From contig NW_003314324.1 in NCBI RefSeq assembly GCF_000143415.4, forward strand, positions 571,379 to 635,378: DNA of 64,000 bases, written 5' to 3'. The translations under genes were made by a program, and so were the position numbers. This document shows positions 1-11,379 of this stretch, in pieces; the stretch's first letter is position 1; each line of letters begins with the position of its first letter. The stretch is from Selaginella moellendorffii. Taxonomy: Eukaryota > Plantae > Lycopodiophyta. The notes under the pieces are model-generated. The model was not told the DNA's origin. It saw nothing but the letters and a program-made list of their open reading frames with translations, and ran no database searches.

Positions 1-59
1 TTTTAGAAGTAGAAATATACCTTACTCAAAAGTATATTATATTTTAAGTAGCCACTAAT

Positions 60-1460
60 TAATAAGAATCAAACCCATACCATTTACTCCGATACCACAT
101 ATAACACACCTTATCTCTCTCTTCTTAAGCCAACTGTAAAAAAAAACAATTGTTTAATAAGAGAGCCTTTAATGGTTATTTTATCCCCATTTATCCCCCA
201 AAGTTTTAAAGATCTATAGTGATAATATATTCAAATGTCATCCCATAATCACATATGTTATATTAACATCCTTAAGATGCCCTAAGATATAAAAGAGCAT
301 TATCCTTTAATTTCCTTTATTTAATTCTCACTAAAACCCTCTTTATTTACAATAGTGTTTGCCAACATTGCCACTAAGTTAAAGCCCAAAAGCTTGTCTT
401 TTAACCATTAGGATTTCCTTACCATAAAATTATACCCTTAGTTACCAAGATAAAACACGACTCTTTGTCATTATTAGTGATTTTAGGATTTTGGGGATTC
501 AAAGGACATATATTTTTATCTATATTTAACCTCTCATAGTCATCAAATTTAATCTCAAACTGCATGAAAATCCTCAATTGCATGAAAATAATCTTATGAC
601 TCCTTTATTATTTAGATGTCCTTATCCTTTAAGTGATCCTAGCTATAGTTGTTTATCATAACCATTTTAAAGTTAGTTTACTAAATCAATCATTTATATG
701 AATTATCTAAAGAAAACTTTCAACTGTTCCCAAGATCCTGAAGTTATTCTTTTATTGGCCCTTTTTATCCAAATTTCTACGTGTTCACATGTAGCTATGC
801 CCTTATGATATAGTACTCCTTGAGTATAGCCCCATTCTTAGGACCATCGAATGTCAATATCCAATGGTGATATACTTGATTGCTAATAATAATAAGACTA
901 AGGACTAACTCTAATACTAAGTTGTAAATAACTAAATTTTCTATTTTACTTTAGCCACTTAACTATACCCTTAACCACTTGGAGGAGTCTCCTTTATATG
1001 TTCTCATTCACCTTAAGGTACTTGCTATCCCCTAGATGTGATCTCAAGACTGCACTTTATGTGTACTACCATGCCTATTATGCTAAGACTATATCCATTT
1101 GCCCCTGTCTCATTTGTAATTTTAGACCATTTGCCTGGGCTATCCATCCATGAGTGGTAATCCCATGACCACATCTAGGCATCCTTAGAATGCCAAAATA
1201 TGAAGAACACTATTCCTTAATATCCCTTTTTTGGTCTTTATTAAATTTGAGCTTTTAGTCTAAAAGTGTTACATTTATTAGACTTCTGCTTTGGCCATTA
1301 CCACATGACATACTTTGGGCTCCACTTTGGAATTTAGCAATTTGTGTTTTACATTAAATTCAAATATGATCTTGGACTTAGTTTTGAACTCCATTTTGGA
1401 TTTAGTCTTAGATTCATCTCAAACTCAATCACGACATTTCCACAAGTTAGTTCTTCTTTT
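60..1460 (-). mobile_element. Highly degenerate Ty3/gypsy-type retrotransposon pol remnant
   Basis: Minus-strand fragments resemble RT motifs (MSFESPKS ~ MPFGLKNA; CFILVTKGIIL ~ CHFMVTEGIVLGH) and a WILTFDG segment, broken by many stops. 1370-1430 carries a decayed copy of the ILDLVLDS/SETES-type repeat also at 11380-11680. Boundaries approximate. Confidence 0.45.
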
Positions 1461-2319
1461 GTCCCTTTATAAAGATTATCTTATTGATCATTTTATGCTC
1501 ATTCCTTAAGCACTCCTTTGGGAGTTTATCTTGTACTTTTGACTTTCTTAATTGGAGCTTTTGGTCTAAATATATTATATTTGTTAGATTTCTATTTTGG
1601 CCATTGCTATGTGGTACACCTTTGGATTTAGGAATTTGTGTTTTATATATATTAATGAGTAATGTGGACATAAGAAATGTGTTAATAAACTTTCTCATGA
1701 AAAGACTTCAAAAAAATAGTATGAGCAATAATAAAATCATTAGTAAGACTAAAGGCTAAAGGAAATGAATATGCTAAATAAATATGAAAATTATAATTCA
1801 TGAAGAATGAAGAGTGTTGTGAATTATTATATCCAAACTCATCAGAAGGAATAAAAACAACCCAATCATCCTATTAATGGGAAGAGACCCAATAATCCTC
1901 TCCTCACGAAAGAATGAAAGGTAGTAAAGGTTCTTTGGTTGACGAGATGGGATCTAGAGGAACATTAGGAGGCGGCGCTAGTGGATTTGTAAGTGGTACT
2001 AATTAAGTGTTTGAGCTGTTGCATATGCACAATTTTTGGAGGATTGGCCTATTGAACATCATGCTAAGCCTTATAAATTTTTAGTTCAACTTTTTGTAAC
2101 ACCTGATATAGTCCCTTCCATTGAACAAGAAACCCTTTAAACAAACTACATACTATAAGATTGGAGAAACAAACTAACACTAAATTATTCACTTTCTACT
2201 CCAATTATAGGAGTTATAGTGCCATTATAAACCTATTTGTATATGGCTTAAGTGTTTAGCAACCTTTGCTTAATAAGTGGAAGAATATTTATCAAATACT
2301 AATCCCAAGACCTTGAATT

Positions 2320-2660
2320 GTTGCTGTTTGATTTGATAGGGCTTTTTCTATAGTTAGCTGCTGGCAATGAGTTTTTTATTATTATTTTTGACTATTTAAC
2401 TCGTTGGTTGGAAGTTAGTACTCTTGTTAATGCTTTTACAATTGTTGTTGGATACTTCTTCTTCAATTGAGTAGTGTTTTAGCATTCATGTCTAAAGAGG
2501 ATTCTCTCAAATAATGGTCTTGTATTTATGACTGAAGCATTTTATATTTTAACATCTCAACAAGAATACACCATATTTTCACAAATGCTTAGCATTCACA
2601 AATAGATGGTTTAGTAGAATGGCTTATTTGAACATTCAAAAGGATTATCATGAAGTATGT
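2320..2660 (+). mobile_element. Degenerate retroelement integrase core fragment
   Basis: Reads DLIGLF..GNEFFIIIFDYLTRWLEV...ILSNNGLVFMTEAF...HSQIDGLVEW (integrase DYLTKWVEA / SDNG / HPQTDGLVER motifs), with in-frame stops. Confidence 0.7.
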
Positions 2661-2847
2661 GAAAAGAGAGCAAAAAAGGAAGAGGAACTTGAGAAAAGGT
2701 GTTAGCATTAGATATAAAACTCTTAAAGTAATGAATAACCTTGAAATTATATATTTAAAGCTTTAAAGCCCACTAAACAGTATGACTAACTAAGTTTTTC
2801 CACTTCAATAATGAAGTAATTGCAACATGATCACCTTTTAGTAATAT

Positions 2848-3615
2848 TTAACAACCATGTAAATATATATGAAGTTTTTTATAACCCCAAATTGCTGCTA
2901 AACACTTCTTTAGTATCGTGGAGTAATTCACCTCTATTGATTGTAATGTACAGTTAATGTATGCAATGGGATGGCACTGACTAAGCACACTCAAGCTCTG
3001 TTGCATTAACACACCTCTAAGACTGATATCAAAAGTATCCATACATAAAATGAAAAGTTAAATGTAATCAGAATATGCAAAAAGTGGAAGAGTTGTTAAT
3101 AGCTTTTTGAGATCCATAAACACCCACTCACAATCTATAAACCAAATAGAAAATAATGTTAGCAACTTCAACAATGCTGGCAATGGTGTAGTATGATTAG
3201 AAAAATGATTAATGAAACGGCCGAGATATTTTACCTTGCCTAGGAAGTGTTGCACATCATTCACACACTTCAAAATAAAAAGCTTGAGAATAACCACCAG
3301 TTTGTTAGGATCAATTTGCAAACCTTCACGAGAAATACAGTACCTAAGATAAATCATGTTTTTGGACATAAATATACACTTCGACTGCTTCAACTTTAAA
3401 CCAACTTCCTACAGTCGATTCAACATGTTATAAACACCATGGACATGCTCCTCCTATATTCCTTCAGAGTGGATCAAGACATCATTGGTAAAGTCAGTAG
3501 TCACCTCTAGCATATCATAAAGAACATTATTCAGCATGCGCTAAAAAGTCACTGAAGTATTGTTTAAACTAAACACCATCACCAAGAACTCGTATAAACC
3601 AAATGGTATACGAAA
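2848..3615 (-). mobile_element. Degenerate Ty3/gypsy reverse transcriptase-RNase H fragment
   Basis: FGLYEFLVMVFSLNNTSVTF..., LKLKQSKCIF..IYLRYCISREGLQIDPNK, FLGKVKYLGRFI, then RNase H DTFDISLRGVLMQ..HPIAY..NYST..CLAAIWG; stops and frameshifts. Confidence 0.85.
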
Positions 3616-3734
3616 AATTGATTTTGATTAGTTTTAATTAGCTAAAATATAATTCAAATTTAATGCTAAATATATAGAACTTTAGAATAATTAAAACTGA
3701 CACAATTATCACCAATAAGTATATGGAATTAAAG

Positions 3735-4751
3735 TTACACACAAGATGGATATTTATTAGTATGTAATGCCCAATGCACTTTATTTGGTGATATTGCATA
3801 ATAAATAACAAGGTTACAATCATTTTGAACAATTAAGGTTGAAGCAATTAAGGAATTACTCTTTTTACAATATTTATCAATAGACCATACTACAAACTTT
3901 TTTACTACATTTAAAACTTTTGTAAAACCATAAACAACAAGATTACCATCATTTTGTAATTCAAGTGTACATAATAATACATCATGAATAAATTTCNNNN
4001 NNNNNNNNNNNNNNNNNNNNNNNNNNNNNNNNNNNNNNNNNNNNNNNNNNNNNNNNNNNNNNNNNNNNNNNNNNNNNNNNNNNNNNNNNNNNNNNNTCTG
4101 CCATATAATACTTCTTCTAAAGAACAAAATAAGGTTGCAATTTGAATTTAAGTATAAAATAACATTTTTATTTGGTGATAATAGAAACTCTGTGCTTCGA
4201 AGGCTTTGATACGGTCTGCCACTTGAAGCACTTATAAGAACATTTTTTGTAAAATCACAATAATCAGTTCCAATACTTCTAAAATGAAATAATATCAATG
4301 GATAATAATCTGGATCAGCTTCAGAATCACCATCTAAGCTGTATGATATTGCATAATTTGTTGCCTTTATTAAAATATACTCCGCACATTTAGTAATAAT
4401 AAGTTGTTCATATTTGACAACAATTTTTTTAAGTTGTTGTTTCATTGTTAATCCTCTCAGTTCTCCTTTAATTTTACTTTTTCCACAAAATGGCTCTTGA
4501 TGATAAAAATGCCCTATTCTAACAACAGCGGTACCAATAGAAAGTGGTAAATAAATTACATTAAACCAATTAACAGGATATGGCTCTTTTGCAATTTGTG
4601 CAATAAGTGTATTAAAACAGGTAATAATTTTAACCACATCAGAAACATCAAGTTTTTTTTCATTCCAAAACTTGGTTTCCCAACTAATACATAAATTATA
4701 GAATGAAGTACTAATTATCAAAGTAAATATAAAAGAATTACAGCTTAACAT
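3735..4751 (-). CDS. Secreted protein with unknown N-terminal domain and C-terminal GNA/bulb-type mannose-binding lectin domain
   Basis: ATG at 4751, hydrophobic signal peptide (MLSCNSFIFTLIISTSFYNLCIS), B-lectin entry (LLSPNKNVILYLNSNCNLILF) and two QxDxNxVxY motifs (QNDGNLVVY, QNDCNLVIY). Spans a 100-N gap (3997-4096), so frame continuity is assumed. Confidence 0.7.
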   Translation of the reverse strand: MLSCNSFIFTLIISTSFYNLCISWETKFWNEKKLDVSDVVKIITCFNTLIAQIAKEPYPVNWFNVIYLPLSIGTAVVRIGHFYHQEPFCGKSKIKGELRGLTMKQQLKKIVVKYEQLIITKCAEYILIKATNYAISYSLDGDSEADPDYYPLILFHFRSIGTDYCDFTKNVLISASSGRPYQSLRSTEFLLSPNKNVILYLNSNCNLILFFRRSIIWQXXXXXXXXXXXXXXXXXXXXXXXXXXXXXXXXXXKFIHDVLLCTLELQNDGNLVVYGFTKVLNVVKKFVVWSIDKYCKKSNSLIASTLIVQNDCNLVIYYAISPNKVHWALHTNKYPSCV

Positions 4752-7229
4752 ATTTCAATTTTTCTTATGAAGAAATAGTTATTATATAGAGATTTTTATT
4801 ATTAATTTACTATAATTTACTATTTAAATTGTATTTTAAAGAATTACTTTGGTATATAGCAAACCTCCATTTGTAATTACTAATAGCATAGATGTGTGAT
4901 ATATATGATAACAAAGAAATTTCTTGATTAGATTAAACTCTANNNNNNNNNNNNNNNNNNNNNNNNNNNNNNNNNNNNNNNNNNNNNNNNNNNNNNNNNN
5001 NNNNNNNNNNNNNNNNNNNNNNNNNNNNNNNNNNNNNNNNNNNNNNNNNNNNNNNNNNNNNNNNNNNNNNNNNNNNNNNNNNNNNNNNNNNNNNNNNNNN
5101 NNNNNNNNNNNNNNNNNNNNNNNNNNNATAATCTATTTAACATCTATCTGAAGAGATTGTTATCAAGAGAAGGGAAGACAACAAAATTATTAATAAAATA
5201 CTAAAGAAAAGAAAAGAGGAAATAAATTTGTGTTAAAAACTCTAAATGTAAAAAAACCTAATTTGGGTATGGCTCTCAAAGGCTTAGTAAGTCTTGAGTT
5301 CAAATCCCCTAAGAAAAAATAAGATGCCTAAATCCCATTATAAACAATGATAGCAAATACACCATAACAAATATAAAATGTTGTGACATTATCTTTCCCT
5401 TTTATGTCAAAAAATTGAACAAATAAAGTCATATAGATGTTGTTGATAGAAATCCAACTAACTCAGAAGCATGAGTAAGATGAAAAGTAATCTCCCAAAT
5501 ATAATCACTAAGAAAATACCCAAACTAATTAAATAGGTAATAAAGTTTACAATATTGGTATTTAAAGTCAAGGATGGTAACAAATTCAAACTCCAGTTGC
5601 TAGTAATGACCTTAGGAGGGGGTGGTGGTGGAACATAAGTAGAATCATAGAGTGTGATATGATAATAATAAAGAAATATAGAATACCAAATGCAACTTTG
5701 CAGATGGAGCCAATAAATGAATGTGAGAGACCATAGAAAAAAGATCAAAACATTAATAATCGAATTTGTTAAACGCATGGTTTTTTCAATGATGATAAAG
5801 GAACCAAACTTAAGATCTATTGGAAGAAAAAAGGCTAAATTAGTAATAATGATTTACAATATATCAAAAAGTAATTTAGACACAAAAAAGGTGTTATAAT
5901 GATCATAAGTGCCTTAAATAGTGTCAGGCTTGGTGGTTAAAAATATCATCCCATTTTTAGTTTATGATTTTGCATTGCTGAAAAAACCAAATGGAAAAGT
6001 TGATGTTCTTAATTGACAGAGTGTTCTCACTTTTTTGTGCGCGGGGGGGGGGGGGGGGACCCTGCTTTCAACCCTTAAAATTAAAATTTCCCTGAATTTT
6101 CCTGGGTCCAAAATATTTCCCCTAAAAAAATCCTTACCTTTATAAGAAAAGGGAATTTCACCCCTTACTTTTTGAAGATTTTCCATATAAAAAAAACCCG
6201 GGGGGGAAAAATAGAACCCCCGAGTGGCCTTGGCATAATATTTAAGCATTCAACTCTTTAACACTAACAACACCCAAAATAAAGCCCANNNNNNNNNNNN
6301 NNNNNNNNNNNNNNNNNNNNNNNNNNNNNNNNNNNNNNNNNNNNNNNNNNNNNNNNNNNNNNNNNNNNNNNNNNNNNNNNNNNNNNNNTACATATGTGCC
6401 ACACAACCACAAACTTAGATGAAAAAACCCTTTAATAACGAGTGTGGTTCATTCTACTACATTTACCACATATTTACAAGTGGTAAATACTACATAAGTT
6501 ATTGAAGTTGAACTCTACTCCCCTAGGAAGAAAATATAGAAGGGCTATTGTGGCATTGAGCAACAGGACACTACTTGCATTTTACTGAGGGGAAGCCAAT
6601 CCTCTAGTTGAGAGGATGTGTTGAAACAGTGGAGCACACATTACATCACTGCCCAACATTCATATCTGCATAACTCCCAATGCATCAAGTCTCACAAGAC
6701 TCCTAAACTGTGCTGGGCTAGGCTAAGGAGTTGGCAACATTTCTAGTTGATAGCACACAGCTATTCCAATTAGATTAGTAACTCTATGTAAAAGATATAA
6801 ATATATCTTCCTCTTTCTCCAATTATGGATCTTTGGCCTTGAGTAGAGCCAGCATAACACCTTACACTACATAACACTCCAATTACAAGTCAAAACATTT
6901 ATATCTAGTCACTCTATTACAACTTAAGTATGCAAACTGTACAAACTAATGCATATGTTAATTGGTAATAAAAATTAGATATTACTCTAAATTACTTCTT
7001 ATCAGATATAAATTAGACCTCCATACCTTCACAAAATTTAGTCCTCTTAATTTTTATCATTAGTTCATTAAAGTGAAAGCAAACCAATCTTTGGTACTCC
7101 ACATCAAGTTATTTGAAGCACATAAAAGCACTTAGTTATGCTTATAAACAAACACAAGAATTTAAACACTAGTTAGTGAACCCTCATATCATGTTTATAT
7201 TTAAATATCAAAAGCAATCAAACAAATGT

Positions 7230-9632
7230 TTAGCAAGTCAATTTTGACTTTGTAGACCAGCCAAATTTCTCAAACAGGCTCAAGACAACACCATTGCTCC
7301 ATCCAAAGCCAGTCTACAAAACATTAAACCAAGTACTTATGTGAAAAAAATGTTTATGCACAAACCTGAGGATTGTACTCTCCACCAAGACCACTCCTGC
7401 CACAGTATCTCGCATCTAACTTCTCCAGCATCTTCCCAATCCTTTGGAATTCCGCATAGCTCGACTTTAGCCAGCGCTGGGATATATCCTCCGCCAGGGC
7501 CAACCCTTCCACAGATCTTGTACCAGCAAATCCTTCTATTATAATATGCTGGAGATTGGGCCAAGCATTCGGGTAGTCCCTGTTACATTCCATCCAACAT
7601 TACTATTTGTATAAATAAAAGAGTCGACTAGTAACTTACCATTGCTCTCCTGTTTCTCTCAGTGAGGTGACCACACCCGCAGCTAACAGCAGCCCCGATT
7701 TCTTAAAAGAAGAGACGAGCTTCGAAACTTTCTCATCGCCTGAAATGATAAATATATTGTTTAGAAAACAGGAAAAAAAACAAAACAATCGAATACGTTA
7801 CCTGGTCGCACCACTCCGCACCAAAGAGGGAAAAAGTTGGAAGGAAAAACATCAGTGTTTTGGTTCTGTTTGTCGAAACTGTAGATCTTTTGCTGCTTGA
7901 ATTCAATGTCTGTGGCATTGCGTTTCACCAGCCAGTAATCGAGGTATTGTCCCATTTCTTCGTTCCAAAACACGGCATTTATGGCAGCTTTTCTCGACGT
8001 TGCATGCTTGTGAAATCGCCTTTGGAGCTCTTTCTTTCCTAAGAGCTTGGCAAAATACGCGATATTGTTTTCCATCTACAGCAAACGAAAGATGCTTATC
8101 AAATATATTTTACGCTAAACAGAGCTGCTTGCCTGTAGCAAAAACGAGTTGAGATCCACAGGAAGAATATAGGCCGTCACAAGTGTTGTTCGGTTTAGGC
8201 GATTCCTGAAATATTAGAAAGAACCCTGGTGAAAAAATGAATAAAACCTTTTTGTATGCAACGATTTATGACACTTACGCCATCCAGCGGGAGCTGAAAT
8301 CCCAGCCACTTTCAGCAGCGGTCGCGATTTGGTGGTAAAGCTTGGATTTTTCCTGCGAACTTCCCAAGTTCTTGGCAGTGTCAGTGTCAACAATATACGA
8401 TTCTGGCCTTGGCGAGTACAAATTCGCGTTGTATCTCGTTAGTACGTGCTTAACCCCATGACCATCGCGAATGTGGACTGTGAGACGATCTAGAGATGTC
8501 CAAATGTAAAAAAGATTAAAAGAAAAACACAATACAAGAACTTAAAGCTGCTTGCCTGACGACCAAAACGAATGTTCTTTTAAGAGTGCAGGAAAAGCTT
8601 CCTCTATTAGCGATTTATTCTTGGTTTCGGCGTATACTGCCTTGACGGATTCGCTGAGAAGCGGAGGCTGGCTTCCTGCATAATTATACAACGTAAGCTC
8701 GAAACGAAGGAGAGAAACAAAATGGCTAGAAATAGCTTACGATTGAGATAATAGCTCCGAGCACCATTGGGAACAAATCCGTAAGTATTGACGAGGTAAA
8801 TGAGATTTCCGACAACCGATGTGGCTGTTTCATACAATTTGCTCACGAGAAGTCCCCTGGAAAATGAAGAACAAAAAAAGAGATTACACGTACCAAAGAA
8901 AATAAGAAGAAGTTGTGCACCTGATGATCCAGTAAGTGTCCCAGTAGTAAACTTCGCGAAACCTCGATCCAGGAATCACAACAACGTTTGGAAGCGGGAG
9001 CAAAGTATGGCGCTGTGGTTTCTCGACCACCTCGCGCTTGATCTTCTTTGCCAAAACTTTCCACAGCGAATGTATTTTTAGAGCGAATTCCCGAGCCGAG
9101 GCATCCTTGACTTTGGGAAGGAACCCCTCGGGGGTGTTTGCAAAGTCCGAGAGATTGTAGTCTCCCAGGTCAGTCCCTGGCACGTCGAAATGCTCGCTCA
9201 CAAATCCATTAAACTTTCCTGTCGAGTAGCAATGATAGGAGCGAGAAAAAAAAAGATGAAAAAGTTTTCGCGAACCTTTATCAATGTTGCTGCGGGAGAG
9301 ATTCACAAAAGCCGATTTTGTGACCTCCAAGTCCTGCTTGAGCGGCAGATCGACGTAGTACTTCGGATCAAAGGTCCCGTTTTCATTGCCCAGGACCTGA
9401 AAGGCGGTGGACTGCACAGAGGTAAGAAACGATTCCAGAGGAGTTGTATCATTGGTGCTAGCTCCTGCGATGGATCACAAAACTTTGAGCGATATCTTTG
9501 AGGAAAAGAAGCACACAAGCAAAAACTTCGAAGAGTACCTGAGATGGATCCTGGCAGGAGCAGTAGCAGCAGCAGCGCAAACAAATCCAGAGCTCTCAAC
9601 GCCATTGCCATTGCTGATACCGTCCTTGCCAT
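7230..9632 (-). CDS. TRE1: Trehalase (glycoside hydrolase family 37), copy 1, 11 exons, signal peptide
   Basis: Motifs DPKYYVDL, VIPGSRFREVYYWDTYW, VPNGARSYYLNRSQPP, PRPESY, AAESGWDFSSRW, QWDYPNAWPNLQ, GGEYNPQTGFGWSNG. Exons 9632-9539, 9464-9276, 9218-8921, 8856-8741, 8675-8556, 8489-8279, 8205-8133, 8075-7802, 7739-7640, 7579-7366, 7313-7230; two GC-AG introns. Confidence 0.95.
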
Positions 9633-9939
9633 GGCCGTGACAAACTTTAGTCCAAATGGAAGGACTAAAGCGTCGGAGCTTCGTTGCAAATGGGGACTAT
9701 GAGTATAACGTCAGAGCCCCGAAGAGCCGGCCGCCTTGTTGGAAATTTGTTGACTCGGACTTGCACGAGTAAATCTTGGAGCGACGTGTTGGTGTCAACC
9801 ATGTGTTCCAATCTCGTGGCATAGATGGTCGCTCTCGCTCTAAAAAAAAAATGTTATAACTTTGGCTCGTCCTTGAGAACTTTCATCGCGAATTAGTCTT
9901 TGGTGAGTTTTAAGTCTTTGAGGAAACACGATTTGTCCA

Positions 9940-10445
9940 GAAAGCAAAAGTAAAACACGCTGGAACGAAGAATTCAATAAAAATCCAAGCAAGGATTTAT
10001 CTATACGCTAGATTGGACATCCAGAAAGGTTAAAAAAAAAACCATTCTGGAACGAAGAATTCAAAGACCAAATGATAAATCTAAGCAAGGATAAGCAAGA
10101 ATTATCTATATTGGTTCGTCCAGAAAGGAAAAGGAAAACAAGCTAGAACGAAGACCAAGTGATAAAAATCCAAGCAAGAATTTATCTACATTAGATTGGA
10201 ACTAACAATTGACACGATTCATCCAGAAAGGAAGAAAAAACCATGCTAGAAAGACCAAGTGATAAATCTAACCAAGGATTTATCGGAACTCAAGAGGAAG
10301 AAAAACACTACATTGGGAAGAAAAAAATAATGCTGGAACGAAGAATTCAAAGACCAAGGATTTATCTACATTTGACACGATTCATCCAGAAAGGATGCTG
10401 GAACGAAGAATTCAAAGACCTTGAAGCAAGGATCTATCTACATTG
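9940..10445 (+). repeat. Degenerate tandem repeat (about 70-100 bp units) upstream of trehalase copy 1
   Basis: Recurring gctggaacgaagaattcaa(agacc) ... aagcaaggatttatcta ... gattcatccagaaagg blocks, about 5-6 imperfect copies; same array at about 19900-20415. Confidence 0.8.
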
Positions 10446-11379
10446 GGAGAGGAGAGTCACCTCGCCCTAAAGCGCGTCACCGTCCACGTGTCCTCCATCC
10501 AACAGGCACCATGTTTGAGCGACTCCCATTGGCCGAGAGTCACAGGCTTAAAGTGACAGAATATTCGAGGAATAACCAATTTTTTTTTAATTCTTAATTA
10601 CTAAACTTGTAAATATCCCAATATTCTTCCATGTCAACACTCAATTTCATGATCTTCTTTCTGGCATAAATTGATCTTTTCTTGCTCTAGAGGTATTTTA
10701 TAATCCAAAGCTCTAACCAATCGTAATTACTAAAATTATTAATAAAATACTAAAGAAAAATAAATAAATAAATTTGTGTTAAACACTCTAAATGTAAAAG
10801 AACTTAATTTGGGTATGGGTCTCAAAGCAATTCTTGAGTTCACATCCCATAAGAAAAATAAAAGGCTTGAATCCCATTATCTATCATAATAAGGAGGCAG
10901 TGGGCTGCCAAATCCAACCAATTGTAGGGGGGGTAACTGTAAAGGGGTTATTTATTTAACCATGTCTTATTGAATAATCATGCTAATGTTTGCTCTCGGC
11001 CAATGGGAGGAGGCCAAGCTGCGTGAGGTGAGAAGAAAGTGTTGTGACATGTGGCACATACAAATGTGTTAACCATGATTGCACTTGTATTTTGTCGAGC
11101 AAAGAGGAGTTCGATTTGCTCTAAGCCTGTGCAGAGCTCGACAATCCATTGCCTCCCGAATTGTCCAAAGACCTTCTCGAACACCGAGACATCACATTGT
11201 TCATTTGAAAAGCGGCATGATTTTGAGAAGAATTCCAATAATCCCATTAGGGCCCAATAGAATGTTCCTGGGGGGGGGGGGGCCAATTGAAGAATGCAAG
11301 AGAGATTTGACCCTCCTGAGCATCAAATTGTAAGGAACTAACTCCCCGAAGTGTCGTAAGCTAAAGGATCCCCGAAAGC

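Larger units (their letters stand above)
5183..10585 (+). repeat. Tandem segmental duplication, unit 1 (trehalase gene plus flanks)
   Basis: 5183-5340 matches 10732-10879, and 5341-10585 matches 15248-20582 co-linearly. Coding parts are nearly identical; the non-coding 3' flank is more diverged. Confidence 0.95.

Noticed and set aside
4924-5151. ORFs spanning N-runs
   Set aside because: Artefacts of an assembly gap.
5962-6288. ORF and poly-G/poly-A-rich divergence from the duplicate
   Set aside because: Adjacent to an N-gap and looks like a low-quality read end compared with 15840-16150.
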